From Candidatus Levyibacteriota bacterium (GTDB lineage: Bacteria > Patescibacteriota > Microgenomatia > Levybacterales > UBA12049): a stretch of DNA of 64,000 nucleotides. The number at the start of each line of letters is the position of its first letter. The first letter of the stretch is position 1. Of the stretch, positions 1-9,636 are shown one piece after another. The stretch spans positions 3,454-67,453 of the forward strand of contig PJMG01000022.1 of NCBI GenBank assembly GCA_003173895.1, given 5' to 3'. The position numbers and the translations under genes were made by a program. The notes beneath the pieces were generated by a model. That model worked only from the letters and a program-made list of their open reading frames with translations. It did no database searches and was not told the DNA's origin.

Positions 1-271
1 GATCGTTAAAAGCTGAAGTATGATAGAAGCATTGATATAAGGATTAAGACCTAAAGCCATGATAGAGAAATTAGCTAGAGTTCCACCGGAAAAAATATCT
101 AGAAGTCCTAAAAATTGATTTTGAGCAAATAAATTATGTAGATTAGCTAAATTTATACCACTAACTGGAATATGTGCGAAAAGTCTGAAGATTATAAAAA
201 TCCCAGCGGTAAACAGTATTTTTTTCTTTATATCGCGATTTTCGAAAGCTTTTTTAAAGGTTTGAAAGATT
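1..271 (-). CDS. secY: Preprotein translocase SecY, N-terminal portion. The gene starts at 271 and runs off the window start.
   Basis: Minus-strand translation from the ATG at 271 gives [92 protein letters not shown]. This is the typical SecY N-terminus. It sits directly after rplO, as in the spc operon. Confidence 0.8.
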
Positions 272-715
272 CTATTCATTAACGACTTTCCCGCCTGCTT
301 TTTCTATACTATTTTTAGCACCTTTAGAAAGAGGAAGTTTAATAGACAGTTTTTTATCTAAAGGAGAATTACCTAAGATTTTTACGCCATTTTTTAAAGC
401 TTTTTTACTATCTACTAATTTTTTATCGATTAGCATTTTTATATCAATTAAATCTCCATCTTTAAAAATAGCTAATTTAGAAATATGAATTATTTCTTCT
501 TTAGCAGCTTTTTCAAAATTTCGACCTTTACCTTTTAAGAAAGGTAATCTTTTAATAAAATTCATGTCTGCTCCATCAAAACTAAGTGGTATTTTACCTC
601 TAACTTTTGCACCTTTTTGGCCACGACCTGCAGTTTTAACACGACCTGAACCGTGTCCTTGACCTACTCTTTTTTTTGTTCTATTTTTAATTTTAGTTAA
701 ATTATTTAAATTCAT
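272..715 (-). CDS. rplO: 50S ribosomal protein L15
   Basis: 147 aa, Gly/Lys/Arg-rich N-terminus ([20 protein letters not shown]). It occupies the spc-operon position between rpsE and secY. Confidence 0.9.
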   Translation of the reverse strand: MNLNNLTKIKNRTKKRVGQGHGSGRVKTAGRGQKGAKVRGKIPLSFDGADMNFIKRLPFLKGKGRNFEKAAKEEIIHISKLAIFKDGDLIDIKMLIDKKLVDSKKALKNGVKILGNSPLDKKLSIKLPLSKGAKNSIEKAGGKVVNE

Positions 716-717
716 AA

Positions 718-1209
718 TTATTTCTTAGATTTAATTCTACCTAAATTTTTAGTATTTAAGACTATAATTCTTTGTAGCGCATATAGAGTAGCATACACAT
801 TACTAGCTTTGTTATCACTTCCTAAAATTTTAGATGAGATATTTTCAATTCCAGCTGCTGAAACTACACTACGAACAGCACCACCAGCTATAATTCCACT
901 TCCTTTAGGTGCTGGTTTAAGAAGTATTTCTGCTGCGCCTTTTTTAACTTTTATACCAAATGGTATAGTACCATTTTTGATTGGAACATCTATTAAATGT
1001 TTTTTAGCATAAGTAGAGGCCTTACGGATAGCAGATGCAACATCGTTAGCCTTTCCAAGTCCTAACCCTACTTTACCTTTTTTATTTCCTACTATTATAA
1101 TGGCCGAAAATCCAATTTTATTTCCACCCTGAGTTTTTTTACTAACTCTATTTACTTGTACTACTTCTTCACTAAATTCTGATGGTTGTTTATTAAATCT
1201 ATCTTCCAT
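718..1209 (-). CDS. rpsE: 30S ribosomal protein S5
   Basis: 163 aa with an S5 dsRBD-like core (VNRVSKKTQGGNKIGFSAIIIVGNKKGKVGLGLGKAND). Synteny rplR-rpsE-rplO. Confidence 0.9.
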   Translation of the reverse strand: MEDRFNKQPSEFSEEVVQVNRVSKKTQGGNKIGFSAIIIVGNKKGKVGLGLGKANDVASAIRKASTYAKKHLIDVPIKNGTIPFGIKVKKGAAEILLKPAPKGSGIIAGGAVRSVVSAAGIENISSKILGSDNKASNVYATLYALQRIIVLNTKNLGRIKSKK

Positions 1210-1210
1210 A

Positions 1211-1546
1211 TTAGAATTTTAGTCCTCCTTCCCGTGCACCTTCTGCTAACGCTTTAATTCGACCATGATATCTATATGCACCACGATCAAAAATTACATC
1301 GCTTATTTTTTTCTCTTTAGCTGCTTTAGCTATTTCAACTCCTACTGCTTTAGCAACTTCTATTTTATTTTTTGATTTTTCAGCTAAGTTTTTTTCTGAT
1401 GCACTAGCTAGAACTTGTCCATTTTTATTATCAATAACTTGAGCATAAATGTGCATATTTGATCTAAAAACTGAAAGTCTAGGTTTATCTAACCTTTTCA
1501 TTTTCATTCTAGTTCTTTGTTGTTTTTTTAATTTATTTACCTTCAT
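1211..1546 (-). CDS. rplR: 50S ribosomal protein L18
   Basis: 111 aa, L18/L5e-family sequence ending in the ...[20 protein letters not shown] motif. Spc-operon position. Confidence 0.9.
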   Translation of the reverse strand: MKVNKLKKQQRTRMKMKRLDKPRLSVFRSNMHIYAQVIDNKNGQVLASASEKNLAEKSKNKIEVAKAVGVEIAKAAKEKKISDVIFDRGAYRYHGRIKALAEGAREGGLKF

Positions 1547-1563
1547 ATATTTTAATTAATTCG

Positions 1564-2124
1564 TTACTTACCACCAGCTGCACCTGCTGTAGCTTTTGCT
1601 TTACCAGCTTTTATTCTAATCTTTTCACCTGCATATTTAATACCCTTACCTTTATAAGGTTCAGGTGATTTAATAGCACGAATCTGAGCTGCTGTATTTC
1701 CTACTAAAGCTACATCAATTCCCATTACACTTATAGCATTATCTTTTACCGCAAAAGTTATACCTTTAGGTGCTTTTACTTTTACAGGATGAGAAAAACC
1801 CAAAGATAAAGTTAATTCCTCAGGCGTAGCTTGAGCTCTGAATCCCACTCCTGATAGCTCTAATTTCTTCTCAAAACCTGTAGTTACACCTTTAACCATA
1901 TTAGCTATCATAGCTCTAGTTAAACCAAATAAAGCTGAAGTTAATTCTTTGGATTTCTCATCTTGAGAAACTATAATTTTATCTTCTTCAAATTTAACTT
2001 TTATTCCACTAGGTACATCAAAAGCTAATTCACCTTTTGGTCCTTTGACTAAAACTGAAGAACCATCAATATTTACTGATGCTTCTTTTGGTACTTCAAC
2101 TGGTATTTTTCCTATTCTCGACAT
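1564..2124 (-). CDS. rplF: 50S ribosomal protein L6
   Basis: 186 aa, two L6 repeats (MSRIGKIPVEVPK...). Synteny. Confidence 0.9.
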   Translation of the reverse strand: MSRIGKIPVEVPKEASVNIDGSSVLVKGPKGELAFDVPSGIKVKFEEDKIIVSQDEKSKELTSALFGLTRAMIANMVKGVTTGFEKKLELSGVGFRAQATPEELTLSLGFSHPVKVKAPKGITFAVKDNAISVMGIDVALVGNTAAQIRAIKSPEPYKGKGIKYAGEKIRIKAGKAKATAGAAGGK

Positions 2125-2159
2125 AAATTTATTTTAACCCTGAGCCAACGCCGAAGGGT

Positions 2160-2549
2160 CTACCAAACTTCAAAGAGTATTTCTCCTCCTAGACCTTTCT
2201 CTACTGCTTCTTTACCTGTCATTATTCCCTTATTAGTTGAAAGGACTAGGTTTTTTAAACCTTTATATCTTTTATGTTCTAATCCTTTTTTATCCTCATA
2301 AACACGAATAGATGGACGAGATACTATTTTTACTTCATTTATAGCAGGCATTCTATCAATATAAGCAATTTCTACTGTTAAATTACTTTTATTTTTATCA
2401 GCTTTAAAATCAGTTATGTAACCTTCTTTTTTAAGCACAGACAGAATATTTTGTGCCATTTTTGAAAAAGGCATCTCTGTTTTTCTTCGGCCAGCCTGTG
2501 CTGCATTTTTAACTCTAATTATTGTATCTGATACTGTATAATTATTCAT
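2160..2549 (-). CDS. rpsH: 30S ribosomal protein S8
   Basis: 129 aa, S8-like C-terminus (GGEILFEVW). Synteny. Confidence 0.9.
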   Translation of the reverse strand: MNNYTVSDTIIRVKNAAQAGRRKTEMPFSKMAQNILSVLKKEGYITDFKADKNKSNLTVEIAYIDRMPAINEVKIVSRPSIRVYEDKKGLEHKRYKGLKNLVLSTNKGIMTGKEAVEKGLGGEILFEVW

Positions 2550-2555
2550 AAATTT

Positions 2556-2741
2556 TTACCAAGAAGCTTTTTTTACTCCTGGTAACTGGCCTTTTAAGGC
2601 TAATTCTCTAAAACATGATCTACAAATTCCAAATTTTCTCATATATGCACGTGCTCTCCCGCAGATAGAACATCTATTTTTTTCACGAGTTGAGAATTTT
2701 TGTTTATGTAAAAATTTAACTACATTTGATTTTTTAGGCAT
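2556..2741 (-). CDS. rpsN: 30S ribosomal protein S14, type Z (zinc-binding)
   Basis: 61 aa with the two CxxC pairs (CSICGR...CRSCFR) typical of short S14. Lies between rplE and rpsH. Confidence 0.9.
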   Translation of the reverse strand: MPKKSNVVKFLHKQKFSTREKNRCSICGRARAYMRKFGICRSCFRELALKGQLPGVKKASW

Positions 2742-2743
2742 AA

Positions 2744-3289
2744 TTATTTATCCTTTCTAAATGGCATTCCCATTTTTTCTAAAAGCGTGAATGCCTGTTT
2801 ACTATCTTTAGCTTTAGTAACTATAGTTACTTCCAATCCGAAAATTTTTTCTATTCTCCCTAAATCTACCTCAGGGAAAATACTATAATCTGGTACTCCT
2901 AAAGTATAATTACCATTTTTATCAAAACTGGTTTTAGATACACCATGAAAATCTTTTACTCTAGGAAAGACAATTTTAACAAGTTTTTCGAAAAAATCAT
3001 ACATCCTATTTCCTCTTAGAGTTACTACTAAACCAATTTTATCTCCTTCTCTAAGCTTAAACCCTGCAATTGCTTTTTTAGCTGCTGTGATTTTAGGTTT
3101 TTGTCCAGCTATTTGAGCCATAACCTGGCTTGCTATTTCCATATTCTTTTTATCAGCTGTAGCACCTCTTACACCCATATTAATAACTATCTTTGAAAGA
3201 GTAGGTACAGACATAATATTTTTAAGACCCAAATCTTTTTTAAGATCTTCGCTAATTTTATTTTTAAATTCTTCTTTTAAATTATTCAT
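2744..3289 (-). CDS. rplE: 50S ribosomal protein L5
   Basis: 181 aa, L5 family. Synteny. Confidence 0.9.
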   Translation of the reverse strand: MNNLKEEFKNKISEDLKKDLGLKNIMSVPTLSKIVINMGVRGATADKKNMEIASQVMAQIAGQKPKITAAKKAIAGFKLREGDKIGLVVTLRGNRMYDFFEKLVKIVFPRVKDFHGVSKTSFDKNGNYTLGVPDYSIFPEVDLGRIEKIFGLEVTIVTKAKDSKQAFTLLEKMGMPFRKDK

Positions 3290-3293
3290 AATT

Positions 3294-3602
3294 TTAAATT
3301 TCTTTCTTACATTTTCTACAGATTCTAACTTTTTTACCTTCTTTTTTTATTTCATAACCTACACGAGTTGTTTTTTTACAACTTGGACAAACTAAAGCTA
3401 CTTTAGCTAAGATAATAGGCTTAGTAATGGTAACTATTTCAGATTTCTGTCCAGCAAATCTACCTTTGACGTGTCTTTTAAATTCATTTATATTAGGAAC
3501 TAAAATCATATTTTCTTTAGCCAATACTTTTTCTACTTTACCTGTTTTGCCTTTATCTCTACCCATTACTATTTTTATTTGATCACCTTTTTTTATTTTC
3601 AT
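3294..3602 (-). CDS. rplX: 50S ribosomal protein L24 with a C-terminal CxxC...CxxC zinc-ribbon-like tail
   Basis: KOW-like N-terminus (MKIKKGDQIKIVMGRDKGKTGKV). C-terminus reads CPSCKK...CRKCKK. Synteny rplN-rplX-rplE. Confidence 0.85.
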   Translation of the reverse strand: MKIKKGDQIKIVMGRDKGKTGKVEKVLAKENMILVPNINEFKRHVKGRFAGQKSEIVTITKPIILAKVALVCPSCKKTTRVGYEIKKEGKKVRICRKCKKEI

Positions 3603-3607
3603 AATTT

Positions 3608-3982
3608 TTAAACTACCTCCGGTGCCATACTGGCAATTTTTACAAATCCGCGATCTCTTACTTCACGAGCTACTGGTCCAAAAATACGTGTTCCCTTAGG
3701 ATTTTTATCTTTTAAACTATCTATTACTACCCCTGCATTCTCAGAAAATCTAACATATGAACTATCTTTTCTTTTTATTTCTTTTTTAGTTCTAACTATT
3801 ACTACTTTTACTATTTCACCTGTTTTAACATTTCCAGTAGGAATAGCTTCTTTAACTACACAGTTGGTTACATCTCCTACATATCCAAATTTTCTTTTGG
3901 AACCACCGAAAACGTGTATTACTTGTAAACGTTTAGCGCCACTATTATCTGCTACTGTTAAAATACTTCTTAGCTGTATCAT
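3608..3982 (-). CDS. rplN: 50S ribosomal protein L14
   Basis: 124 aa, [17 protein letters not shown]... is the canonical L14 N-terminus. Confidence 0.92.
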   Translation of the reverse strand: MIQLRSILTVADNSGAKRLQVIHVFGGSKRKFGYVGDVTNCVVKEAIPTGNVKTGEIVKVVIVRTKKEIKRKDSSYVRFSENAGVVIDSLKDKNPKGTRIFGPVAREVRDRGFVKIASMAPEVV

Positions 3983-4212
3983 TTTTTATATACCTCCACT
4001 ATTTTAAAATGTTTATTCTTTGATATAGGTCTAGTTTCTTCTATTTTTACCTGATCTCCTATCTTAACTTCTTTACTATTTGGGTCCACTAAGAACTTTT
4101 TAGTTCTGGTTAAAAGCTTTTTATATAATGGATGAGCTATTTTACGGCTCGTTTCTACTACTACCGTTTTTTCACTAGTTACTCTAATAATGTATCCTCT
4201 AAGTATTTTCAT
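3979..4212 (-). CDS. rpsQ: 30S ribosomal protein S17
   Basis: 77 aa, S17 OB-fold sequence. Synteny. Confidence 0.88.
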   Translation of the reverse strand: MKILRGYIIRVTSEKTVVVETSRKIAHPLYKKLLTRTKKFLVDPNSKEVKIGDQVKIEETRPISKNKHFKIVEVYKK

Positions 4213-4426
4213 TTAATTGTTTTTCTCGCATAGCTGTTAAGAGCTTAGCAATCTCCTTTCTTTTTAGAGTTAAAAAACTGGTGTTTTTCAACTTTCCCTG
4301 AACATGGTCTAACTTTAATTTATTTAACTCTTCTTTTAAGAGTTTTAATTTTTCTTTAGCATCTAAACTTTTAGTTTCAGTTTTTTCTGTTTTGGTTTTT
4401 AATTTTGCCATATTTTTATTTTTCAA
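4199..4426 (-). CDS. rpmC: 50S ribosomal protein L29
   Basis: 75 aa, helical and Lys/Glu-rich. Lies between rplP and rpsQ. Confidence 0.8.
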   Translation of the reverse strand: MKNKNMAKLKTKTEKTETKSLDAKEKLKLLKEELNKLKLDHVQGKLKNTSFLTLKRKEIAKLLTAMREKQLNENT

Positions 4427-4820
4427 TTATTTTAGTTTTTACTGGTAACTTATATGCTGCTAATCTAAGCGCAGCCATAGCGATATCTCGACTAATTCCA
4501 CCCATTTCAAATAAAATTCTTCCTGCTTTGACTGGTGCCACATACTCATGCACATCACCTTTTCCAGACCCCATTCTAACCTCTGGTGGTTTTTTAGTAA
4601 TGGGTTTGTCAGGAAAAATTCTAATCCATAATCTTCCACCTCTAGCAGTATAGTGAGTTATAGCACGTCTAGCTGCTTCTATTTGGCGAGCTGTAATCCA
4701 TGCCATATCTTCCGAAACTAAACCAAATTCTCCGAAGTTTAGTCTAGTTCCACTATGGGCTACACCCTTCATGGTTCTTCTTTGTTGTTTTCGATATTTT
4801 ACTCTTCTTGGTATTAACAT
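4416..4820 (-). CDS. rplP: 50S ribosomal protein L16
   Basis: 134 aa, [19 protein letters not shown]... is the L16 signature N-terminus. Confidence 0.92.
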   Translation of the reverse strand: MLIPRRVKYRKQQRRTMKGVAHSGTRLNFGEFGLVSEDMAWITARQIEAARRAITHYTARGGRLWIRIFPDKPITKKPPEVRMGSGKGDVHEYVAPVKAGRILFEMGGISRDIAMAALRLAAYKLPVKTKIIEK

Positions 4821-4824
4821 AATT

Positions 4825-5469
4825 TTACTTATCTCCTAAATTTATCCAAACCTTAACGCCTACATATCCCGCTTTAGTTAATGCTGGTAACTGAGCATAA
4901 AACACTTTCTCTCTTATAGTTGAGAAAGGCATAGAACCTATTTGAATTTTCTCTTTTCTATGGATAGCTGCACCATTAATACGACCTGAAAGTAATATTT
5001 TTACTCCCTTGGCTCCAGCTTGCATTACTCTTTCTGCATTTTGATTTAAGATTCTTTTATATGGTAACCTCCTAGCGAGCTGTTCTGAAACATTATGAGC
5101 TACTATATTAGCATCTAAATTAGGTTCTTTTACTGTCTCAATTTTTATATCTACTTTTGGTAAGTTTTTAGTCTTAGTCGTTTCTCTTAAAGTTTCGTTA
5201 ATAAATTTCTTAAGTTCTTCCAGTCCTGATCCTCCTCGACCTATAACCATACCAGGCTTGGAAACAAAAATTATAAATCTAATGCTATTTATAGAACGTT
5301 CAATCTCTACTCTGGAAAACCCTGCTGTTTTAAGTCTATCTGTAATTAACTTTCTTAATTTAAAATCCTGAAGAAGTGTTTCTTTATAATTTTTATTATC
5401 AAACCAACGAGATTCCCAATTTAAAACACTTCCTATTCTAAAACCTATTGGATTTACTTTTTTACCCAT
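4825..5469 (-). CDS. rpsC: 30S ribosomal protein S3
   Basis: 214 aa, KH-domain S3 ([13 protein letters not shown]...). Synteny. Confidence 0.92.
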   Translation of the reverse strand: MGKKVNPIGFRIGSVLNWESRWFDNKNYKETLLQDFKLRKLITDRLKTAGFSRVEIERSINSIRFIIFVSKPGMVIGRGGSGLEELKKFINETLRETTKTKNLPKVDIKIETVKEPNLDANIVAHNVSEQLARRLPYKRILNQNAERVMQAGAKGVKILLSGRINGAAIHRKEKIQIGSMPFSTIREKVFYAQLPALTKAGYVGVKVWINLGDK

Positions 5470-5860
5470 TTTTTGTCTCCTTTCCTTTTTTATCTTCTAC
5501 TTTTGCTTCAATTTTTTCTGCTTTCATAATTTTTTGATCTAAAATCACTTCTATTTCTGATGCTCTTAGCTTATAAGGTTTAACATGTGATCTACTTCCA
5601 ATTCTCATTCTTTTTATAAATGGCGCCTCTTTTACCTCTAAACTTTTAATTACTAAACTATCTCGATCTAACTTAGCGTTATTAGTTGCATTAGCTATAG
5701 CACTTTTTAAGGTCTTTAAGATTATACCTGCTGCTCTTTTTTGAACTAAAGGCAATGTTATTAAAGCCTGACTTACAGACATTTTTCGCACCATATCTGC
5801 TACTAACCTAGCTTTTCTGGGCGTAATTCTAACATTTTTTGTAACTGCTTTTACTTCCAT
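5462..5860 (-). CDS. rplV: 50S ribosomal protein L22
   Basis: 132 aa, L22 family. Lies between rpsS and rpsC. Confidence 0.88.
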   Translation of the reverse strand: MEVKAVTKNVRITPRKARLVADMVRKMSVSQALITLPLVQKRAAGIILKTLKSAIANATNNAKLDRDSLVIKSLEVKEAPFIKRMRIGSRSHVKPYKLRASEIEVILDQKIMKAEKIEAKVEDKKGKETKNG

Positions 5861-5873
5861 AAAATTAAATTAA

Positions 5874-6158
5874 TTAGGTCTTAGTTATCTCTCTAGCTAC
5901 TACTTTCCCATGTCCTCTAAATGTACGAGTTGGAGCAAATTCTCCTAGCCTGTGTCCTACCATACTTTCACTAACATATACATCAATATGTACTCGTCCG
6001 TTATATACTCCAAAAGTTAAACCTACGAATTCAGGTGCAATCTGGCAAGATCTAGACCAGGTTCTAATCACTGATCTATCACCAGATTCTTTTTGTTTTA
6101 AAACTTTTTTTAATAATCTTGGGTCTATGTATGGACCCTTTTTACTACTTCTTGCCAT
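5874..6158 (-). CDS. rpsS: 30S ribosomal protein S19
   Basis: 94 aa, [19 protein letters not shown]... is the canonical S19. Confidence 0.92.
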   Translation of the reverse strand: MARSSKKGPYIDPRLLKKVLKQKESGDRSVIRTWSRSCQIAPEFVGLTFGVYNGRVHIDVYVSESMVGHRLGEFAPTRTFRGHGKVVAREITKT

Positions 6159-6161
6159 AAA

Positions 6162-6899
6162 TTATTTCTTTCTCCTTTGAATAATAAACTTATTAGAATA
6201 TCTTTTACGATTTCTAGTTTTACCTACAGCTGGTCTTCCTGCATAAGTTTTAGGTGTATGCATACCTATTCCAGATCTTGCTTCTCCTCCGCCATGAGGA
6301 TGTGATCTAGGATTCATAGCGACTCCTCGAACAGATGGCCTAATTCCCATGTGTCTTTTGATTCCAGCTTTTTTAAATACTCTTTCTTTCCAAGCTATAT
6401 TTCCTACCTGACCAATAGTTGCTAGACAATCTTTATGTATTCTTCTAATCTCACTAGATGGTAATTTTAGCTGAACAAAATCGCCTTCTTTAGCTCCTAC
6501 AGTAATTAAAGTCCCAGCACTACGTCCCAATTGTCCACCTTTACCCTTAGTTAATTCCACATTATGTACGAAAGTACCCATAGGAATAGCAGAAAGAGGT
6601 AAAACATTACCTGGTTTTAAATCTACATCTGTTCCTTTAGATACTAAACTACCAACTTTTAGTCCGTCAGGTGCAATTATATATCTTTTATCTCCATCTG
6701 GATAGTGAATAAGGGCAATTTGACAATTTCTATTAGGATCATATTCTATGCTTTCTACTTTACCAGGCATAATTTTATTTCTTTTAAAATCTATAACTCT
6801 GATAAAATTCTTATTCCCCCCACCTTGGTGCCTCATAGTGACTTGACCGGTAAAGTTTCTTCCAGAATGTTTCTTTTTTATATATTTAAGTTTTTTCAT
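6162..6899 (-). CDS. rplB: 50S ribosomal protein L2
   Basis: 245 aa with the L2 motifs GRNxxG, HPHGGGEGR-like (SHPHGGGEARSG) and MGIRPSVRGVAMNP. Confidence 0.92.
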   Translation of the reverse strand: MKKLKYIKKKHSGRNFTGQVTMRHQGGGNKNFIRVIDFKRNKIMPGKVESIEYDPNRNCQIALIHYPDGDKRYIIAPDGLKVGSLVSKGTDVDLKPGNVLPLSAIPMGTFVHNVELTKGKGGQLGRSAGTLITVGAKEGDFVQLKLPSSEIRRIHKDCLATIGQVGNIAWKERVFKKAGIKRHMGIRPSVRGVAMNPRSHPHGGGEARSGIGMHTPKTYAGRPAVGKTRNRKRYSNKFIIQRRKK

Positions 6900-7183
6900 T
6901 ATTTCTTTTCTCCTTCAAATAAATCTATTTTTTCACCTTTTTTTAGTTCTACTATAGCTTTTTTAACATCACTCAAATTTTTTAATGTTCTTTTAGCTCC
7001 ACTCCTTATTGTTCTTCCTTTTAAAATAGATGTTGAAATACTAATCGGATTAACATTAAACGTATCTTTAATTTCTTTTTTTAGAGCTGATTTAGATGCA
7101 GTTTTTGTAACTATAAATGTGAATTTATTTTTAGATACATCTTTCATAGATTTCTCAGTTATGATTGGTTTAATAATTAACAT
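6899..7183 (-). CDS. rplW: 50S ribosomal protein L23
   Basis: 94 aa, L23 family (MLIIKPIITEKSM...). Confidence 0.88.
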   Translation of the reverse strand: MLIIKPIITEKSMKDVSKNKFTFIVTKTASKSALKKEIKDTFNVNPISISTSILKGRTIRSGAKRTLKNLSDVKKAIVELKKGEKIDLFEGEKK

Positions 7184-7185
7184 TT

Positions 7186-7992
7186 TTATTTTGTCCTTTC
7201 TGTTAAAGTTTTAACTGAATTTTTAGTTAAAACTAAATCTTTATACTTTAATATTTCAAAAATATTTAGAGTTTTAGCAGTAGTAACTTTAACTCCTGCG
7301 AGATTTCGACTGCCTTTATATATCTTTTCGTTATCTGCATCTGTTACTAAAAGAATATTTCTTTTTTTATTTTTTAATCCTAGATTATTAAATGTATTGT
7401 TAAAGTTTTTAGTTTTAGACTCCAATTTTTCCAAGCCATCTACTAATTTAATAGCTCCATCTAAAAGCCTTTGAGAAATAGCATAAGCTAAAACTTTTTT
7501 CTTCATTTTTTTATTTAAAGTTAAATTATAATCCTGGGTTTTAGGTCCGTGTGCTGTTCCACCTTTTACGAAAATAGGAGCACGAATACCCCCATGTCGA
7601 GCTCTACCTGTTCCTTTTTGTCTGTATATCTTTCTAGTAGAACCTTCTACTTCACCTCTAGTTTGAGTATTAGCATCCCCTTGTCTCTGATTAGTTAAAT
7701 AAACTCGAATAGCCCTTGCTAAAAGAACTTTATTTGGTTTTTCTCCAAAAAGCTCTTTTGGTAATTCCATTTGTTCAATCTCTTTTCCATTAGTATCAAA
7801 AACAGCTAGTTTTAAACTAGCATTCACTCTCTTTTCGCCAACTGACGAATTAGCCTCAACTTTTTTAGTTTCAACTTTCATTTCTTTACTAACTTTCTCT
7901 TTTTTAGTCGTATTTTTCACTTTTAACTTTTCCTTGTCCGCCTTAGCTTTAGCGGCTGCGGAACTTTTAACTTTTAATTTTTCTTCTGCCAT
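7186..7992 (-). CDS. rplD: 50S ribosomal protein L4 with a ~60-aa Lys-rich N-terminal extension
   Basis: L4 core (QGTGRARHGGIRAPIFVKGGTAHGPK) preceded by a KEKLKVK-type low-complexity extension. Confidence 0.88.
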   Translation of the reverse strand: MAEEKLKVKSSAAAKAKADKEKLKVKNTTKKEKVSKEMKVETKKVEANSSVGEKRVNASLKLAVFDTNGKEIEQMELPKELFGEKPNKVLLARAIRVYLTNQRQGDANTQTRGEVEGSTRKIYRQKGTGRARHGGIRAPIFVKGGTAHGPKTQDYNLTLNKKMKKKVLAYAISQRLLDGAIKLVDGLEKLESKTKNFNNTFNNLGLKNKKRNILLVTDADNEKIYKGSRNLAGVKVTTAKTLNIFEILKYKDLVLTKNSVKTLTERTK

Positions 7993-7993
7993 A

Positions 7994-8746
7994 TTATTTA
8001 GCCTCCTGTTTTACTTCTTCAGTCTTTTCTTCTATTTTCTCTGCTACTTTAACTGATTGCTGTTCTTCAATTTTTTCTTCTTTAATTTCTATTTTCACTA
8101 GTGGAGTAAACTTTTTAGCTTTCTTCTTTTTTTCAATAATTAACTTGGAACCTAGAGGACCTGGAACTAAACCTTTAATAAGAAGTGAAGTAGGTAAAAT
8201 ATCAACTATCTGAAGGTTACGTACAGTTACATTTTCAAATCCCATTTTCCCAGCCATTCTTTTATTCTTATAAACACGGCCAGGAGTAGTGGTTTGACCT
8301 ATAGAACCTGGAGCACGCTCACGATCTGATTGACCATGAGTTCTAGGTCCACCCTTAAAATGATGTCTTTTTACGCCTCCGGCAAATCCTTTACCTTTAC
8401 TTCGTCCTAAAACATCTATTATATCTCCTAATTCGAAAATTTCTTCCATTTTTAAGGCTTTCCCTATTTCTGGCAAATCCTTATCATCTGCTACTCTTAT
8501 CTCCTTTAAAAAATTAGGAGCAAAGTCTAAATTTGCTCCTTTTTTAGTGTGTCCAAGCTGTGCTTTAGTAGGTTTTTTAATTCTTCCCATACCAAGCTGT
8601 ACTGAAAAGTATCCATGCTTCTCAGGTGTTTTTATTTGAGTGACCCAATTACCACTTATTTCCACTTCAGTTACAGGAATTCTAGTTCCGTCTTCCAGGA
8701 ATTTTTGAGTTTGATTTTTTTTAGTTCCTAAAACTGCATTTATCAT
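7994..8746 (-). CDS. rplC: 50S ribosomal protein L3 with a Lys/Glu-rich C-terminal tail
   Basis: L3 motifs (GKGFAGGVKRHHFKGGPRTHGQSDRERAPGSIG). C-terminus is ...EKIEEKTEEVKQEAK. Confidence 0.9.
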   Translation of the reverse strand: MINAVLGTKKNQTQKFLEDGTRIPVTEVEISGNWVTQIKTPEKHGYFSVQLGMGRIKKPTKAQLGHTKKGANLDFAPNFLKEIRVADDKDLPEIGKALKMEEIFELGDIIDVLGRSKGKGFAGGVKRHHFKGGPRTHGQSDRERAPGSIGQTTTPGRVYKNKRMAGKMGFENVTVRNLQIVDILPTSLLIKGLVPGPLGSKLIIEKKKKAKKFTPLVKIEIKEEKIEEQQSVKVAEKIEEKTEEVKQEAK

Positions 8747-8760
8747 ATTTTATGACAAAA

Positions 8761-8790
8761 AAAGTGGCACCTAAGGCCACTTATATTTTG
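8761..8790 (-). terminator. Rho-independent terminator-like hairpin on the minus strand, ~15 nt upstream of the rplC start codon
   Basis: Minus strand reads AAGTGGCCTTAGGTGCCACTT followed by TTTTTTTG. That is a 7-bp GC-containing stem, a 7-nt loop, and a U7 tract. Confidence 0.55.
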
Positions 8791-8936
8791 TGGTACTTGG
8801 TAACCTATTTTATGCTCACCGCTTATTTGGTGTAATCATGAAACTTACCTATAATTTTAGCAAATAGTAGCTAGGGTTACAAGGGGCATTGAAAATTTAA
8901 TAAAAAGCTGAAATACTAAGAATAGATAATAAATTT

Positions 8937-9206
8937 ATGGCTAAATCTAAAAAAATATCACGCAAAATTCATAGAGCAAGCTTAAAACATCGCCATAAAC
9001 ATCCATCATGGCTAAATTCTTTTAAGAAATTTAGAATTCATCACAGAATCTTTTTTTATGTACTTGGAGCATTCGGAGCTATCTTAATCTGGCGTGGAGT
9101 TTGGGATCTAGTTGATGCTACGCCTATTTTTAATCATCCAGTTGTTTCACTTTTATCTGGAGTAGGTCTTACAGTAGCTGCTGGAGTATTCTTCGAGTTA
9201 GTATAA
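8937..9206 (+). CDS. Hypothetical small membrane protein (basic N-terminus, two predicted TM helices)
   Basis: 89-aa ORF. N-terminus is KSKKISRKIHRASLKHRHKH, followed by two hydrophobic stretches (FFYVLGAFGAILIW and LLSGVGLTVAAGVFF). It sits antisense to the ribosomal operon between rpsJ and rplC. No recognisable family. Confidence 0.45.
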   Translation: MAKSKKISRKIHRASLKHRHKHPSWLNSFKKFRIHHRIFFYVLGAFGAILIWRGVWDLVDATPIFNHPVVSLLSGVGLTVAAGVFFELV

Positions 9207-9208
9207 AC

Positions 9209-9517
9209 TTACATTTTTATTTCTACATCAATTCCTGCTGGGAGATCCAAATGTCCTAAACTATCCATAGTTTTGTCAGTTGGAGAAACAATATCAATAA
9301 GTCTTTTATGAACTTTAATCTCAAAGTGATCTCGAGCATCTTTATCTATAAAAGGGCCTTTATTTACTGCATAAAGACTTCTATCCGTAGGGAGAGGAAT
9401 GGGACCTATAACTTTAGCACCAGTTCGAATAGCAGTATCTAAAATCTGCTGGCAACAGTTATCTATGACGCGTGCGTCATAACTTTTTAGTTTTACTCTA
9501 ATTCTTCCTTTTGGCAT
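9209..9517 (-). CDS. rpsJ: 30S ribosomal protein S10
   Basis: 102 aa, MPKGRIRVKLKSYDARVIDNCCQQILDTA... is the canonical S10. Confidence 0.92.
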   Translation of the reverse strand: MPKGRIRVKLKSYDARVIDNCCQQILDTAIRTGAKVIGPIPLPTDRSLYAVNKGPFIDKDARDHFEIKVHKRLIDIVSPTDKTMDSLGHLDLPAGIDVEIKM

Positions 9518-9636
9518 ATGTTTATTAAAGAACGATAATAGTAAGTTGTATTATACAAAAAGCTAATCCTAATGTCTACGAGGAAATAAAAATTAAAAAT
9601 ATTGTTTTTATAAATTAACTAAACTAAAATAACTAT

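Noticed and set aside
715-718. Looked for rpmD (L30) between rpsE and rplO
   Set aside because: Only a 2-nt gap separates the two genes. L30 is absent, as is typical of CPR lineages. It is not a missed small ORF.
6705-7214. 169-aa plus-strand ORF antisense to rplB/rplW
   Set aside because: It overlaps two highly conserved ribosomal protein genes. The peptide is low-complexity F/I/L/S-rich, typical of antisense frames in AT-rich DNA.
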